Below, one piece after another: positions 39,006-51,715 of a stretch of DNA of 64,000 nucleotides (positions within the stretch are counted from its first letter, which is position 1; each line of letters opens with the position of its first letter). The position numbers were made by a program, and so were the translations under genes. The notes below the pieces were generated by a model, which saw only the letters and a program-made list of their open reading frames with translations, was not told the origin of the DNA and made no database searches. The stretch spans positions 10,106,001-10,170,000 of the forward strand of contig JAQFVV010000005.1 of NCBI GenBank assembly GCA_028023455.1, written 5' to 3'. The DNA is from Epiperipatus broadwayi. Lineage: Eukaryota > Animalia > Onychophora.

Positions 39006-41914
39006 TGAAACATCAACAAAAGAGACTAATGCTATATTTTTTTAAAAATAACTAACATGTGTAAAACTGATAAAAATTAATAACTAGTGATAAACAGCTT
39101 CATAAAAATTGTGGCATAAAAATAAAATATACAACAGCTTCTATCTTTTTCTGCATTTGCATATACATTCATAATAAATAACTTCATAATAGAGACAAAT
39201 ATAATACATTTAAAATCTAATATTATGATAACAATATCCTGAGATCTTATGACAAAATATATGTCATAAATCATTTATAAAACTAGTGCAAAATAAAAAT
39301 GCATAAAATAGTAATACATAACATTTACAATAACATATATTTAAAATTAATAATTATACCTGTTACCAAAAATAAAATGAAAAAAGAGTCCATCTTGATA
39401 TTCCTACCATTAGACAGTATACAGTCACTGAAATATTTTTCAGATTTTCAGGATTTTGTAACATTCAGTTTGCAAACACAATAATTCACAAAACAGGATT
39501 AAGCAAAATATTTGAAGACACTAGCAAAGCTATATAGCCAAACTGAATAAATATATTTTATGAACAAAAGAATAATACAAGACATTAAATATTTAAATTG
39601 AATATCATATATTAAAATTCATGTTTCTTTAGAAAACATATTTTTTGACTTATTAATGATGGAATATGAAGGAGGAGCAATAATCTTAAAAGTATGTGTC
39701 AAAATGAAGCAGAATAATAATAATGTAGAGTGAATCTTCTAGAACAGATAGAGGATAAAAAGTTCAAAGATTAACTTTGATACTTCACTTTAATAGTACT
39801 TATTATAATTTATTCATATTGTTAATGAAGAGCAATAATCTTGGAAATAGAAAATAATAAATTTAAAAAAGGAAATTTCATATTGATACCTCCAGGATAT
39901 ATCACATTTAAGTAGTACATGTTATATAATAAATTTCTTGAAACAATTCAATAAGCTTTAAATTTAATGTGTTGGGAAATATATTTTCTTATTTCAGTTT
40001 AACATAGACATAATAAAGATATTTTTGCAATAAAATCATTTTCACATTGTTGCTGATAATAGTTGTTATTTAAAACAATAACTTCTTAGACAAATTGTCA
40101 GTTAATCAATGAATGTTATTTTTTAAATAAAATATTTAAGAGTAATAATAATAAGGCATCTTGTTTAAATTTAAAGTCATTCATTAATAGCCCACTCTTT
40201 AAAATATGCATAAATGCCCAAGCAATAAAAATTTTATAATAAAATTAATGCATACAAAAAGAGTTTGAAAAAATTCAGTTATTTCCTTGTCAAGAAATGT
40301 ATTTATTTTAGATAAGGCATTTATAAAACATTTAATGTTTTGAAATGGTTCTGCAATTTTAGATTTGAAAAATCTTTTCATTTTTAAATGAAATCATTCC
40401 AAAAGAAAACCTCTTTTTTGGAATGGTAAAGATTAAAAATATTCTTAAGATAAAAGTTGTTTAAAGAGTCGTTAATAATATCTAAGGCCTGTTAGTGGTT
40501 TCAACATTTTCTGCATATCTTAGAAATTAATTTTTATAATATCATCTAGATGACAGAATAAAAGTTCTTACAAAACAGAGATGATAATACCTTTTTCTAA
40601 ACTCCATCAAAGTAGTCAATTTCAGGCATAACAACTTAATTTCTATTGCATTTGCTGTTGAGTTTTCCATAATGTATAGCCTTGTAAATAATTTCAAGTG
40701 CTGAAAAGTTTTAGTGGTTGAAGATTGAGCCTGGATTATTGTTATTCTAACACTGCATTCTTTTAAATTCTTAAACAAAATAAAATTATTTAAAAGCAAT
40801 TAAAACTTAAGTAAAATAAATGAGAATTAGTTGAGCCAGAAAGCAAGTGAATAAATGTGTGTTGGTCTTCACCAAATTTATTTATAACACAAGTCATGTG
40901 ATTAATCTTGATGGATAAAAATTTATAATTATACTGGATTGATCTTGCCATTCAGTATCCATCAAAAAACTACTAAAATAGATCTGATTTGCATATTTCC
41001 AGAGCTTTCTGGAAAATAGCATCTAGACAATTATCTTTAAAAAGATTTTTTTAACAAATTACTTAGCAAATTAAAATGTATTACAATAAATAAAATATTA
41101 CACAATAAAAGTTATATTATTTCAACAAAATATTACTTTGTAATATTTTCTTTAAACATTTTAAAATAATTTCCCACAATATATTAGTTAATTATATCAT
41201 TTTTGAATAAAGATATTGAAGAATAATATTAACTTTAAATCTAACCAAGAAGTTTTAAGCAATTAATAAATTTCATATGCATGCATCCTCACATACATTA
41301 GTCCATTCTTTATTTAAAGTTTGTGGGTTTAATTATAAGAATTAACTATTGGCTTTTAAAAATTATTTATCTCTTTTAATCAACTGAATTTTAAGATTGT
41401 TTAATTAAACTATTTTTATTACAATTAAACATTTATTAATGCACTTTTTAACAAATACCTAAACATTTGAACATAGTCTTAATGTTTAAACCTGTTTTTA
41501 AAGTTTTACACCAATATTGATATCTAATAAACTCTGACAACTAAACTAAGATGATTTTAACTTTAATGTTTTAAAATCAAACTTACTAGCACTTTAAGTC
41601 ATTAATAACTTTAAAATTAAGTATTTTAAAATTACAAAAGAGTTACATAAGTGATTTAAACATTATAAACTTACTCTTAAGATGACTTTTAAGTTACAAA
41701 ATTATAAAAGTTCTTCTAAAAATTGCTAAGCAGTTATATAGTCATTTAATTATTACTTAGTGACAAAGTTGGCTTATAAGAAAAATGAAACTATTGATTT
41801 TTTTTAAAATACTATGCCATTACAACTTGACATTCAACTTTAAAGCAAAAGCTGAGGGTTATAGTTCCAAGTTAAATTTTCACTGGAAGAGGGGAATGTT
41901 GTGAACTCATTCTA

Positions 41915-42395
41915 ATTCAGCAGATGCTTATTCTCAAATAATGAATTTGTCCTTACTAATATTCTTTTCAAAAACAGATTACAGTAAGACTGACCAATGA
42001 GATGATAATAAAAGAAAATAAATAAAGCCAATTGGAAAGCTATGTCAGTGAATTTATTTGGTTTCAGTGTGGACAGGGTTCTCACTATAAAAGAAGACAA
42101 CTTTAGCTAGACAGACAATTGTCAGATGTTGAACGACAATATTCATGTTATCCACAATATTGCAGAATGCAGTGTGGCATGCTCAAACCTGGAGAATGAA
42201 ACTGCTAATTAAAATCATTACCATACCTGCACATGAAGCAATCTATCTATAAGCTGGAAGTGTCAGGGTCTTAATGGTAGGTCACAGTATCCATCCTAAA
42301 TATTAAATAAATATACCGCTAACAGCGAGACTTGCATAGTTCAACAATCTTAACAAAGGCAAACAGTCATAGCTAAATGTTGCATATATTCAGTG
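41915..42395. repeat. Unclassified interspersed repeat, copy 2
   Basis: Diverged direct copy of 27250-27730. Confidence 0.75.
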
Positions 42396-42679
42396 TATAA
42401 AATATTAATTACTCAGTTTAATAAATATCTTTGTATTTATTTTCAATGTTGTGGTGTTACTTTTAGATAGACAGAGATATTATTCCAGTCAAATTACACA
42501 TAAATACAATAATGTGGACTTGCCATATTCCAAATATAATACTTTTATCATACGTTTTGCAGCAAGGTTTATATTTTAGTTTTTTTGATTCTATCAAATG
42601 TCTTTTCAAAATTTACAAAAGCATATTATAAGCTAGCCAAAAGGTTTGCTTTGTGATGGCAGCAATATAAGTTACTGAC

Positions 42680-44068
42680 CAGAGATTAGCTTATTTTTCG
42701 TGGAGATGTATATCAGCTCTTTTCTAAAATTATACGGCTCAAAATTTCTTTAGGAGGCGATCAGATATGCTAACTTTTTTATATAACATGGTTATGATGT
42801 GTTAAATGCAAGTAGAAGAAGCTAACTTATCTGGTAATAATTAGATTGCAAGATAATTAACCGTATGCTTTTTATTATTAAGTTTCCACTAGACGATTAG
42901 CAAAAAAAAAATTATAAGTTAATTAACGAGAGCTCATTTCTAGTTTTGCTTTCTTCACTAAAGTTTTTTTTTTTTTTTAATCTTATGCTTATGATTCTGA
43001 ATTTAAGAAGGAAAAAAAGGCTGCTTTATGGCTAACCAAAATTGAAATTTTGTAACTATCTCTAATATATTTATTACAAGATTACTATTGAATTTTAGCT
43101 AATAGGAGCCGCCACATGTCCTGTTACGGTTGCGTAGAGTATTTTGTACGCTGTAATCTTAATCTATAAAATCGTCCTTGAAAATATTTAATTATTATGT
43201 ATGTACATTTTTGATTTACTTAAAAAAAGAAAACTAAAATCACAAACTTTAATTATATTGGTGGAATATTGTTTTGAAATCTGCTTGAAGTCAAAATTCA
43301 TTTTTTAAAAACATTAATATTTTCTATATTATTTAATTCTCTCTTTCAAAATTTAAAATAGAAATAATTTACTAGTAGCTTTTTTTAAACGTATATGATT
43401 TAGCTCTAATAGCGTGTTGTTAAAATAAATTATGTTAAATAGTTTAGCTATCATTGTTAAATATCATTTGGGTGTAGTTTCTGATGCTTAATTATTTTAT
43501 CTACTTTCGGAACTGCAACTTAATCTACCTGTACGAACTAAATACAGTTCTAGTTCTAGCCATAAACAATTGTATTTCAGAAATTCATTAAATGTAATAT
43601 AGTCGATCTTTGCGCTAACCTGGCTACTGTTATTTTTTCATTAATTAGTTTTGATAATTTATTTTTTCAAAAACACGTTACCAAATAGTTACAAGCTTTC
43701 TATGTCCTGATCAGTTAAAAACTCATTTTTTTTTTTTTTAAATCCTCATCAAAATGCCAGTTCTTTATGAATTCGCATAAAGAAAATTTTTGAATCGGTA
43801 TTAATTAACAATCGCCTTTCATTATCACTCCTTGAAGTTTTAATTAATCTAAGTCACAGTTTATTTTTTATGTCATTTTATGTTTAGGTATGCATTATGC
43901 TGTGTAGTTTTGTTTCTTGTTTTTTCTATTTCCAATGTTTTGCAATATATCCTTACAAAATATTAAGCCTTCTTTCTCTGAAAAATACTTAGAAAGAATT
44001 GTCTGAGAAGGGAAAGTATGCTAACAGTTCTGCCATTTTTACTTCAACTACTGCACACACAGGTATGG
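42680..44068 (+). promoter_or_regulatory. CpG-retaining island with downstream splice donor, candidate promoter/first exon
   Basis: CpGs visibly more frequent in 42680-43800 than in the flanks. Donor-like CACAG|GTATGG at 44062/44063. Linkage to the zinc-finger gene is inference. Confidence 0.3.
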
Positions 44069-44659
44069 TATGAGTTTAGAATGCAATAATAGCAAAACAT
44101 AGGTGCTCTTTTGACTATCTTCTAAATGAATTGTGGTGACTTCTTGTAGATAAATAATCTCATTTATTTACTTCAGTTCAATTATTGATTGATTGACACA
44201 GTTATTGAAACTTGGACTTTAATGTGAAATAACTCCAGCTAATGAATTCAGAAAATAATATCATATGCTCTGTATAATAGTCAATGACGTTAATAGTATG
44301 TGACATAAATTTATATTTTTTCAATTATTTTTATGTATAAAGTTAATATCCTTATGGGTTCACAATTCACAAATATTAATGTAACTAATCCAAAATTTAT
44401 AGCTAGATAATTTTTTTTGCATCTCATATTGAAATCTATATAGAGTTTTATCTTTTCTATCTCTAACAATCTTTATTAAGGAAAGTCTATACTTTACACT
44501 TATCTTTATTACATTATGGCTATTTTGTTTTTGTCTTCATTTTTTTTTTTTAAGATTTCATAGACAATATCTATATTGGGAAGTGACAATGCACAATCAG
44601 GAGCTAAACATCATTTTAAATAAGATGGAAAAATGGAATCATAAACTACTGTATTCATA

Positions 44660-45693
44660 TATTTTTATATTGGACTATTTCCATCATCTAATATGAGTAT
44701 TGAATGTTTTTGGAAAAAATTAACTTTATTTAAATATTCCAAGTACATTAAACTGTTAGTAATAGCACATCAAACAAGTTAGTATATGCACAACTTTTCA
44801 AGAGGTATTATTCTCCCTTCTTCAAGTGTTGCTGGCCTTACCAGTGACAGTACTAGCATGGGATTCAAACTTGGACCCTTATATAGTCTTGAGTATTGAA
44901 TTTTAAGATAACGCTTTAACCAAACCATCCTGCTAAAGGCAACAGTCACTAGAAATTTCATATAGTTATCTATGAGGTTCCTCCTGATTTCTCCACTTTT
45001 TACTAAAAGCAAAGTTCATTAGCGGTTTCCATACATTATGTAGTCATATTATGTTGGCTTATGGGAACTTTTTGCCATTGTCATGTGAGCAATTTCTTTA
45101 AATTTTCTTATTTGTACCTTTTCTTTTCTATTTAATATTTTTGTATTTTGCACAACCGCAGACCATGTATGTGCCAATGAACATATGTTCAATTGGGAAA
45201 ATACAAAAATATTGGATAGAGAAGAAAATTTACAAAGAAGAAAATTTAAAGAAGCTGCTCACATAACAATGGCAAAAAGTTTCATAAGCCAACTTAGTGT
45301 GACTATACATAATGTATGGAAACCGTTAATCAACTTTGCTCTTAGGAAAAAGTGAAAAAAATCAGGAGGAACCTCATAGATAAGTATATGAAATTACTAC
45401 AGACTGTTGTCTTTGGCAGGATGGCTCAGTTGGTTAGAGCATTACTTTAAATTAAAATCTCAAGAATCTAAGGGTCCAGGTTTGAATCCTATGCTAGTAC
45501 TGTCACTAGTCAGGCCAGCAACACCTAAAGAAGAGGGGAGAATAATACCTCTCAAAATGTGGTGCATATACTAATCTGTTTGATGTGCTACTACTAACAG
45601 TTTAATGTATGTGGAATATTTAAATAAAATTAATTTTTTCTAAAGACATTCAATACTCATATTATATGATGGAAATAGTCCAATATAAAAATA
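44660..45693. mobile_element. Penelope-like element 3' end present as an inverted pair
   Basis: Arms 44660-45149 and 45198-45693 are diverged reverse complements. The plus strand from 45155 translates to TADHVCANEHMFNWENTKILDREENLQRRKFKEAAHI...HNVWKPLI, typical of the PLE GIY-YIG C-terminus. Each arm ends in a hammerhead-like motif. Confidence 0.8.
45415..45497 (+). other. tRNA-derived segment (A-box/B-box) within the PLE tail; not an intact tRNA
   Basis: GGCAGGA-TGGCTCAGTTGG-TTAGAGC ... CCAGG-TTTGAAT-CCTAT. The anticodon arm is AT-rich and does not pair. An inverted copy lies at ~44853-44940. Confidence 0.6.
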
Positions 45694-45779
45694 CAACTAG
45701 AACACCATCATCACAAACCTTCAGGAATAAATTACTGTATGCCCTGTTGAAGATCATGGATAGTACACCAAAACAGAAA

Positions 45780-46450
45780 GAATTTACAGTGCTGAATGGT
45801 GGATTTTTTTGAGATGAAAGACATTCAATATAATATGAGAAAGAACCAAGAATTTTTTTTCAGTTCAGCAGATTTGTATGAATTAGCAAGGATAAAGCCA
45901 TTAGAATTTCTAATTATTCATATATCTTTCTAGGAAAATCAAAATCTATAAGATTGTCATTGGTATTTGAAAAGTGTAAATTGTAAATCAATCATAACTT
46001 TGTTTACATCTTTACTTTTTAAGAGTTAAATGAAATAAAACTAATTGAATTGGGAGATTTTAGATTGTTTTATTTATGTCATGGACAATGAAGAATTGAT
46101 ATGGTTTTTATTGTCATGAAGTATATTTTGTGAACACCTCAGATTTTTATAATACAAATCTATGCTTCAATTTCTCAGATAAATTAAGAAAAAAATGGAA
46201 AATCTTAACAAATGCCTGAAAGGTCAAAGTTGAAAATAAGACAAAGGTAAATTGTTGGCTAAGATTGGTTTGAATGCAGATATGAAGTAAGAGAATTAAT
46301 TACTAATAAATTTGCATGAATCCATCTAATGGTCATAGTGAAATACTGTTTTAGGAAGTCTTATTTTTCATCCACTTCATATATATAATTTCAATGAAAT
46401 CATATCCTTGGTATCAGAAATTCAACATTATGGTGTCCAGTTAGCTGAAG
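45780..46450 (+). mobile_element. Decayed LINE endonuclease fragment (RTE-like)
   Basis: IIQIYA-like (ataatacaaatctatgct, ~46149) and AKIG-like (gctaagattggt, ~46258) motifs. Confidence 0.35.
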
Positions 46451-49400
46451 AACCTACTGATTGGTCTTATAATCTTGCTATTATGTTGTCTGAATTATGG
46501 CAACTTTTGATGAAGTTTTTTTCAGTGCCTTTGTGTTACATTAATAGTAGCATAATAACAGCCAATGTAAAACAAAGAAGGTGTTAATATGTATATCATT
46601 TTTAACTAATATGTCATTTTTACTTACTGATCAATAACAACATTAGTCTGTCAGAGAATTGTTATTTGTCAATATATTTTAATAACAATTTTTATTAATG
46701 TAACAATTTTATTACTAATAAAAATATATATTTTTAAAATACAGTTAGTTAATTCAATTTAATAATACAATGTCGAATATTAAGATGACATTAAAATTCC
46801 CGAATAATTTATTTTCAAGTCTGTTTGATTAATCAATTCTTATTCCTCTGCCATCGAATTTAAACTTTATTATCTTTAATTTTAATTATGTGTTTGTATT
46901 TAAACATGAAGAAGCTGTTATTGGAGCACATGTTCTGCACTCATCTTCATGAATTTATTTCTGCTGATTATATTATCAGGCACATATAGGGAAATAAGTT
47001 TAGACTTTCTTGCCCACTCTTCTATCATTATTTTTCAAGTGATTTTAGTTATTAGTTTGCACTGCTCAAAACAAGACAATTAAATGAGCATTTAGAATGA
47101 TAAATCTACATCTCATAAATGTTCATTTAATAATTTCTATGCCTGGGACCCATATTTATAAATACAGATAATATATAATAATGTGCAAATTTATCTCTGT
47201 CATCTAATTAAATACATTGTGGGTTTTCATTATTAAAAGCTTCACTGTAAAACATTAAAACGACTATAGAAGAAATATATATGTATTCTTGTATTTAAAA
47301 AAAAGTTGGTTCTTTATCAAAAAATAAGTGTAAAGCATACCTATTGTTAAAATTGAATTAAAATTTATCAAATTCATGTTAAGCAAAACAAGAAACATCA
47401 AATCTTTCACTAAAAAATTACACAGTTCATTTTGTTTTTAGATTGTACATTTAAAGCACCAAAAATGCTCTTGAAGTTAACTTTATTGAAGAAAGAATAT
47501 TGATTATATTAATACAATCATTTTTGTGAGAATCAATAATATAAATAATATTAAGTCATCTATGCTCTTTATTACTGTTTTACAATGCTTTAATTACAGC
47601 CCATTATGACAGTTTCGATTGCCCCAGTAATCTTCTTCAGAACTATAACATAATACAAATATATGAATATAAATATATATAAAGAAATTGTCATAGTGAA
47701 TTGTAATTAAAGCATTGTAAAACAGTAATAAAGAGCATAGATGATTTAACATTATATGGATTTGGCAATGCAATAAGAAAGATATAGTTAATATAAATAA
47801 TGTAATATTGCATTAATATAATCATATTTCTGAGAATCGATAATAAAAATAATGTAATCTTATCACCAAATAAATAATTTTTGAATAAAGCTACAATCTG
47901 AAGATATCCAGTATAAAAGATTTTACACAAAAAGTAAAATAAATTTGTTATTTTTCCCAGCATGCTTAAGTATAGTATCAGATGTTGGAGCTGAATGTCC
48001 TCGGATTGTAATCTTCTGATGCTCGAATTTCTTATGAACTCCTGAATAATAAACTTTTTAAATAATTTTTTGTCTTTTTTTTTACATTAAATATGATATT
48101 CATTTTCTGTTTTGATAAGTGATTAGGTTTTACTAAATATAAATAATGTTTACTGAGGTAAATATTTTTCAGGTTGTCTACAATCATTTTTCCAGTTCTC
48201 TAATATCCAAGTTCAGGATTCTTCATAGTGTTGTATGGTAAAAGAACTTCATATCTTGAAAATTCAATAAAGAAGGTATGATTTTGTGTTGAATATATAT
48301 TGCTCTAAAATAACAATTGTATGCTTAATTATTTTCAATATCTCTATTATTTTTTTTCTTTTCAACATTTCTATTGATTATCAATATTTTTAAGATTTTA
48401 TTTTATTATTGGAATTGTCAGTTATATATATTTCTTCAGTGAAACTTCTCTTTGTGAAAACATCCAGCTAAAAGCTTTAATAAGTGTAGTTTGAAGAAAA
48501 AACAATGAATTATGTAATTTTTTAAATAAAATATTTGATATTTTTTATTTTGTACAATATTCTTCTAGTTTTTATTGTATTTTAACATGTATATGCTTTT
48601 TTTAAAAAAATGTATGTACTTTGAATGATAATTATTTATATTTTTTCTATAATTATTTTTTATTTTCTGTAATAAAGGTTTTAATAGTGAAGACATACTT
48701 TGCCCTATGTTCAAGAGCTATAAGTTCTTGAGTTGAACCTCATTTCCAATGATCAAACATCTCTTAAATGCCTAAACAACAAATCATTGGATTTTTGAAG
48801 TTTAGAATGCTTCTATTTAACTTGTTGATAGAAAAATATCTTGCATGTATATTGTTTCTAAATGTTAATGTATAAGTTTTTGTGTGTTTGCAGTACGTCA
48901 TTTCGATAAACTCATTTCTTGGATTAAAGAATAATTTTAATTTGATCAGATATAAGGAAATGCCAGTGTAGTCTGACAATTCACTATATGGTTATTATTT
49001 TCTATTGAAAACATTGTCACTCAGATGGACATTATTGATTGTATGCCAGTGAAGTACACATTTCATTCTCATCTAATGCCAAAAACACCCCTTTTATCTT
49101 AGATACTTGTATTAATTACACCAAGTTACTTCCATATTTTGCAAAATTTCTTTGGAAATAATGAAAAACTCATTTAAGTATATTTGTGGTTTTGTACCTA
49201 ATACATCAGATTTGTTGATTATAAACACATGCATTTTTGAATTTAAAATTATAAACCTGTTTCTTATGATTTTTGAAATGCAAGATATTACCATTTTAAT
49301 GCTTTTTTGTTATCTTCCAATAGTTTGAGTATCTTCCAATAGTTTGAGTATTTAACAGTCTTCTTTGAGACTATGAATGATCAAATTAATTTTTGTGATA

Positions 49401-49460
49401 ATCATTTAAATATTTATACTTATTTTTTCATATTATTGCTTTATATCATAATTTTTATTT

Positions 49461-50180
49461 TCAACCATTATCAGTCAATTGCAAAATAAATGTTTTTCCA
49501 AATTTAATCCAATTTCTCCCGCCTCTGGCCTCTTTTTTTTCATATCACATTAACAAACTTTCTTATTCCATTCATTAATCTCATATATGGTCTTTTTGTA
49601 GGTCTTTTACTATTTCTTGGGATTCCATTTAGGATTTCAATTGTGTATCTGAGATCATTACTTCCAGCAATATGTCCAGCCCAGCTTCACTTCAGACTCT
49701 TAAATGAAGATTGTTTAAGTCACCTAGATGTTGCAAATGATGTAGTTGTTTTTACAAATAAAGCTGTATAGTTTCAGGAAATGCAAGAACTATCAGATGA
49801 AAGTAAAAAAAAAAAAGGTCTAAAAATAAATGCTAAAAAGTCTAAAATAATGTTTAATGTATTTTCTCAACAGAAGAAAATAAAGATTGATTTTCATGAA
49901 TTAAAAAATGTTAACAACAACAACAACTATATTGGTCAGATTATCAATATAGATGGAAACATAACGGATGAAATTAATCACAGAATTAAACTTGGATGAA
50001 GTACCTTTAGTAGAAACAACTTAATATTAAAAGAAACTGTGCTTTTCTGTTTGAAAAGGAAGGTTTGTAATTAATGGGTTTTACTAATTTTTATTTATAA
50101 ATGTGAAACTTCGACACTTAATAGATGAGCAATATCTATATTTCAGAGCATTCAATGGAGTGTGGAGAGATGTGTTTTCA
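49461..50180 (-). mobile_element. RTE LINE copy with internal inversion
   Basis: 49461-49705 is the reverse complement of the RTE 3' end (cf. 20950-21190). 49702-50180 is the upstream RT part in plus orientation (cf. 20441-20880). The two share aaat at the junction. Confidence 0.8.
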
Positions 50181-50429
50181 AAAAAGAGTTTATTATTAAT
50201 TAAAAAGAATGCAGTTTTAAAGGAACTAAACAAAGAAAATTCCCATTTCTATTCATATATTTTTATTATTGTGGCTAATCATTATTCCCTGGCAGGATGC
50301 TGTAAATTGATCAGCCAAGGTGACAACTTAATATAGAGGATGTTAAGACTGTCTGATTACAGATGTAAATTTTTTTTTGATAATGATTTTTAATTAGTTG
50401 CCTACAATTGCAGATCACTTTCACGCATA

Positions 50430-51715
50430 GAAAAATTACATGGATTAGAATAACTATCCAACATTAAATGGGATATTATTGGACTTTATGAAAGCAAAAA
50501 AAAAAATGGTAAGAGGTACTTGATTTGAAAAGAGTGTATGTATTTGACTAAAAAGATATAAGTATTGGAGACAAGTAGATTCAAATTTATTATAAATAAA
50601 CAATCAAAGAACAAACAACATTGTGGAGATTGATGGAATGTCAGAAAACATGATAATATTAATTGATAAATTTAATGAAAGATACCACATGTAGATTATT
50701 CAGGTTTATGCTATAACAAGTTTTCATTTTCATGGAGAAATAGAAACTTTTATGTAGAGTGTACAGAATGCTTTAGATCAGACTGAATAACATTTAAAAA
50801 TTGTGATGAAATATTTTAATGATAGAATTGTAAAACAGTTGAGAGTTGAAAGGAGTATAAATTATGTTGAATATGAAGACTGAAATAAAAGAGAAAATAT
50901 ATTTGAAAAATTTGCTGAAAAATAAAATCTGTATTTTATTAACATTCTTTTGAGAAAACTAAAATGGAAAAGACATGGAAGCATCCAAATTAATATATCA
51001 AAAAGTTAGATTATACTTTGAATAAAAGAAAATACATATAAAGACTATTAATAATTTTAACACAAATGGTGATTATTGATTAGTGAGATATAAGATATGT
51101 ATTATTGCAATAGTAGAGGAATAAAATCTATTAAGAAAGATAGTATTAACAGTTAATATTTCTCACATTCAGAAATACTCCAATTTTTAAATGATGAAAA
51201 TGTACAAGATGATTGGAAAAATGAAGTAGTGATACTGATGTTTAAGAAAGGTGAAAAAGAAGATATTAGAAATTACGGATATCCTTACAAAAAGTCAATG
51301 TATTTTATCTACAGAGAACTTTGGATCCAAACCAATCAGACAAACAAGAAGTGTTTTAAATCATTTTAGCCCAGTATAGCACATATAAGTTTTAATAGAA
51401 ATTATAGAAAGAATCAATAAATATGAGTTTCCATTATGGTTTAAATTTGTAGATTATGAAAAAGATTTGACTCTATAACCATTTCTGTGGAGATTAGGAA
51501 TATCAAGGCATAGTTGTAGTTATGTTGTTAAATTTTGAAGAATATTTATGAAGTTGTGACATAAATGATTATATTACATCAACTCACTAACCTTACCATT
51601 GAGAAGGATATACAGCAAAGTGACTTCATCTTTCCAAAACTTTTCACAGATATTTTATGGAAAATATTTTGTGGATTAAATTGAAAAATTAAAAAAATAA
51701 AGATAAGATTATTTG
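50430..51715 (+). mobile_element. Degenerate RTE LINE with internal deletion
   Basis: IIQVYA (~50695), TWKHPN...LDY (~50970), then a jump to DDWKNEVVILMFKKGEKEDIRNY (~51210) and a Q.DFIFPKLFT-like segment (~51615). Confidence 0.75.

Noticed and set aside
40400-41300. Possible L1/Tx1 C-terminal zinc-finger remnant on the minus strand (LCYNKFGEDQHTF)
   Set aside because: Too degenerate, with key cysteines missing; needs a profile search.
45415-45497. Functional tRNA gene
   Set aside because: No anticodon stem, a T-loop substitution, and it is embedded in a duplicated TE tail.
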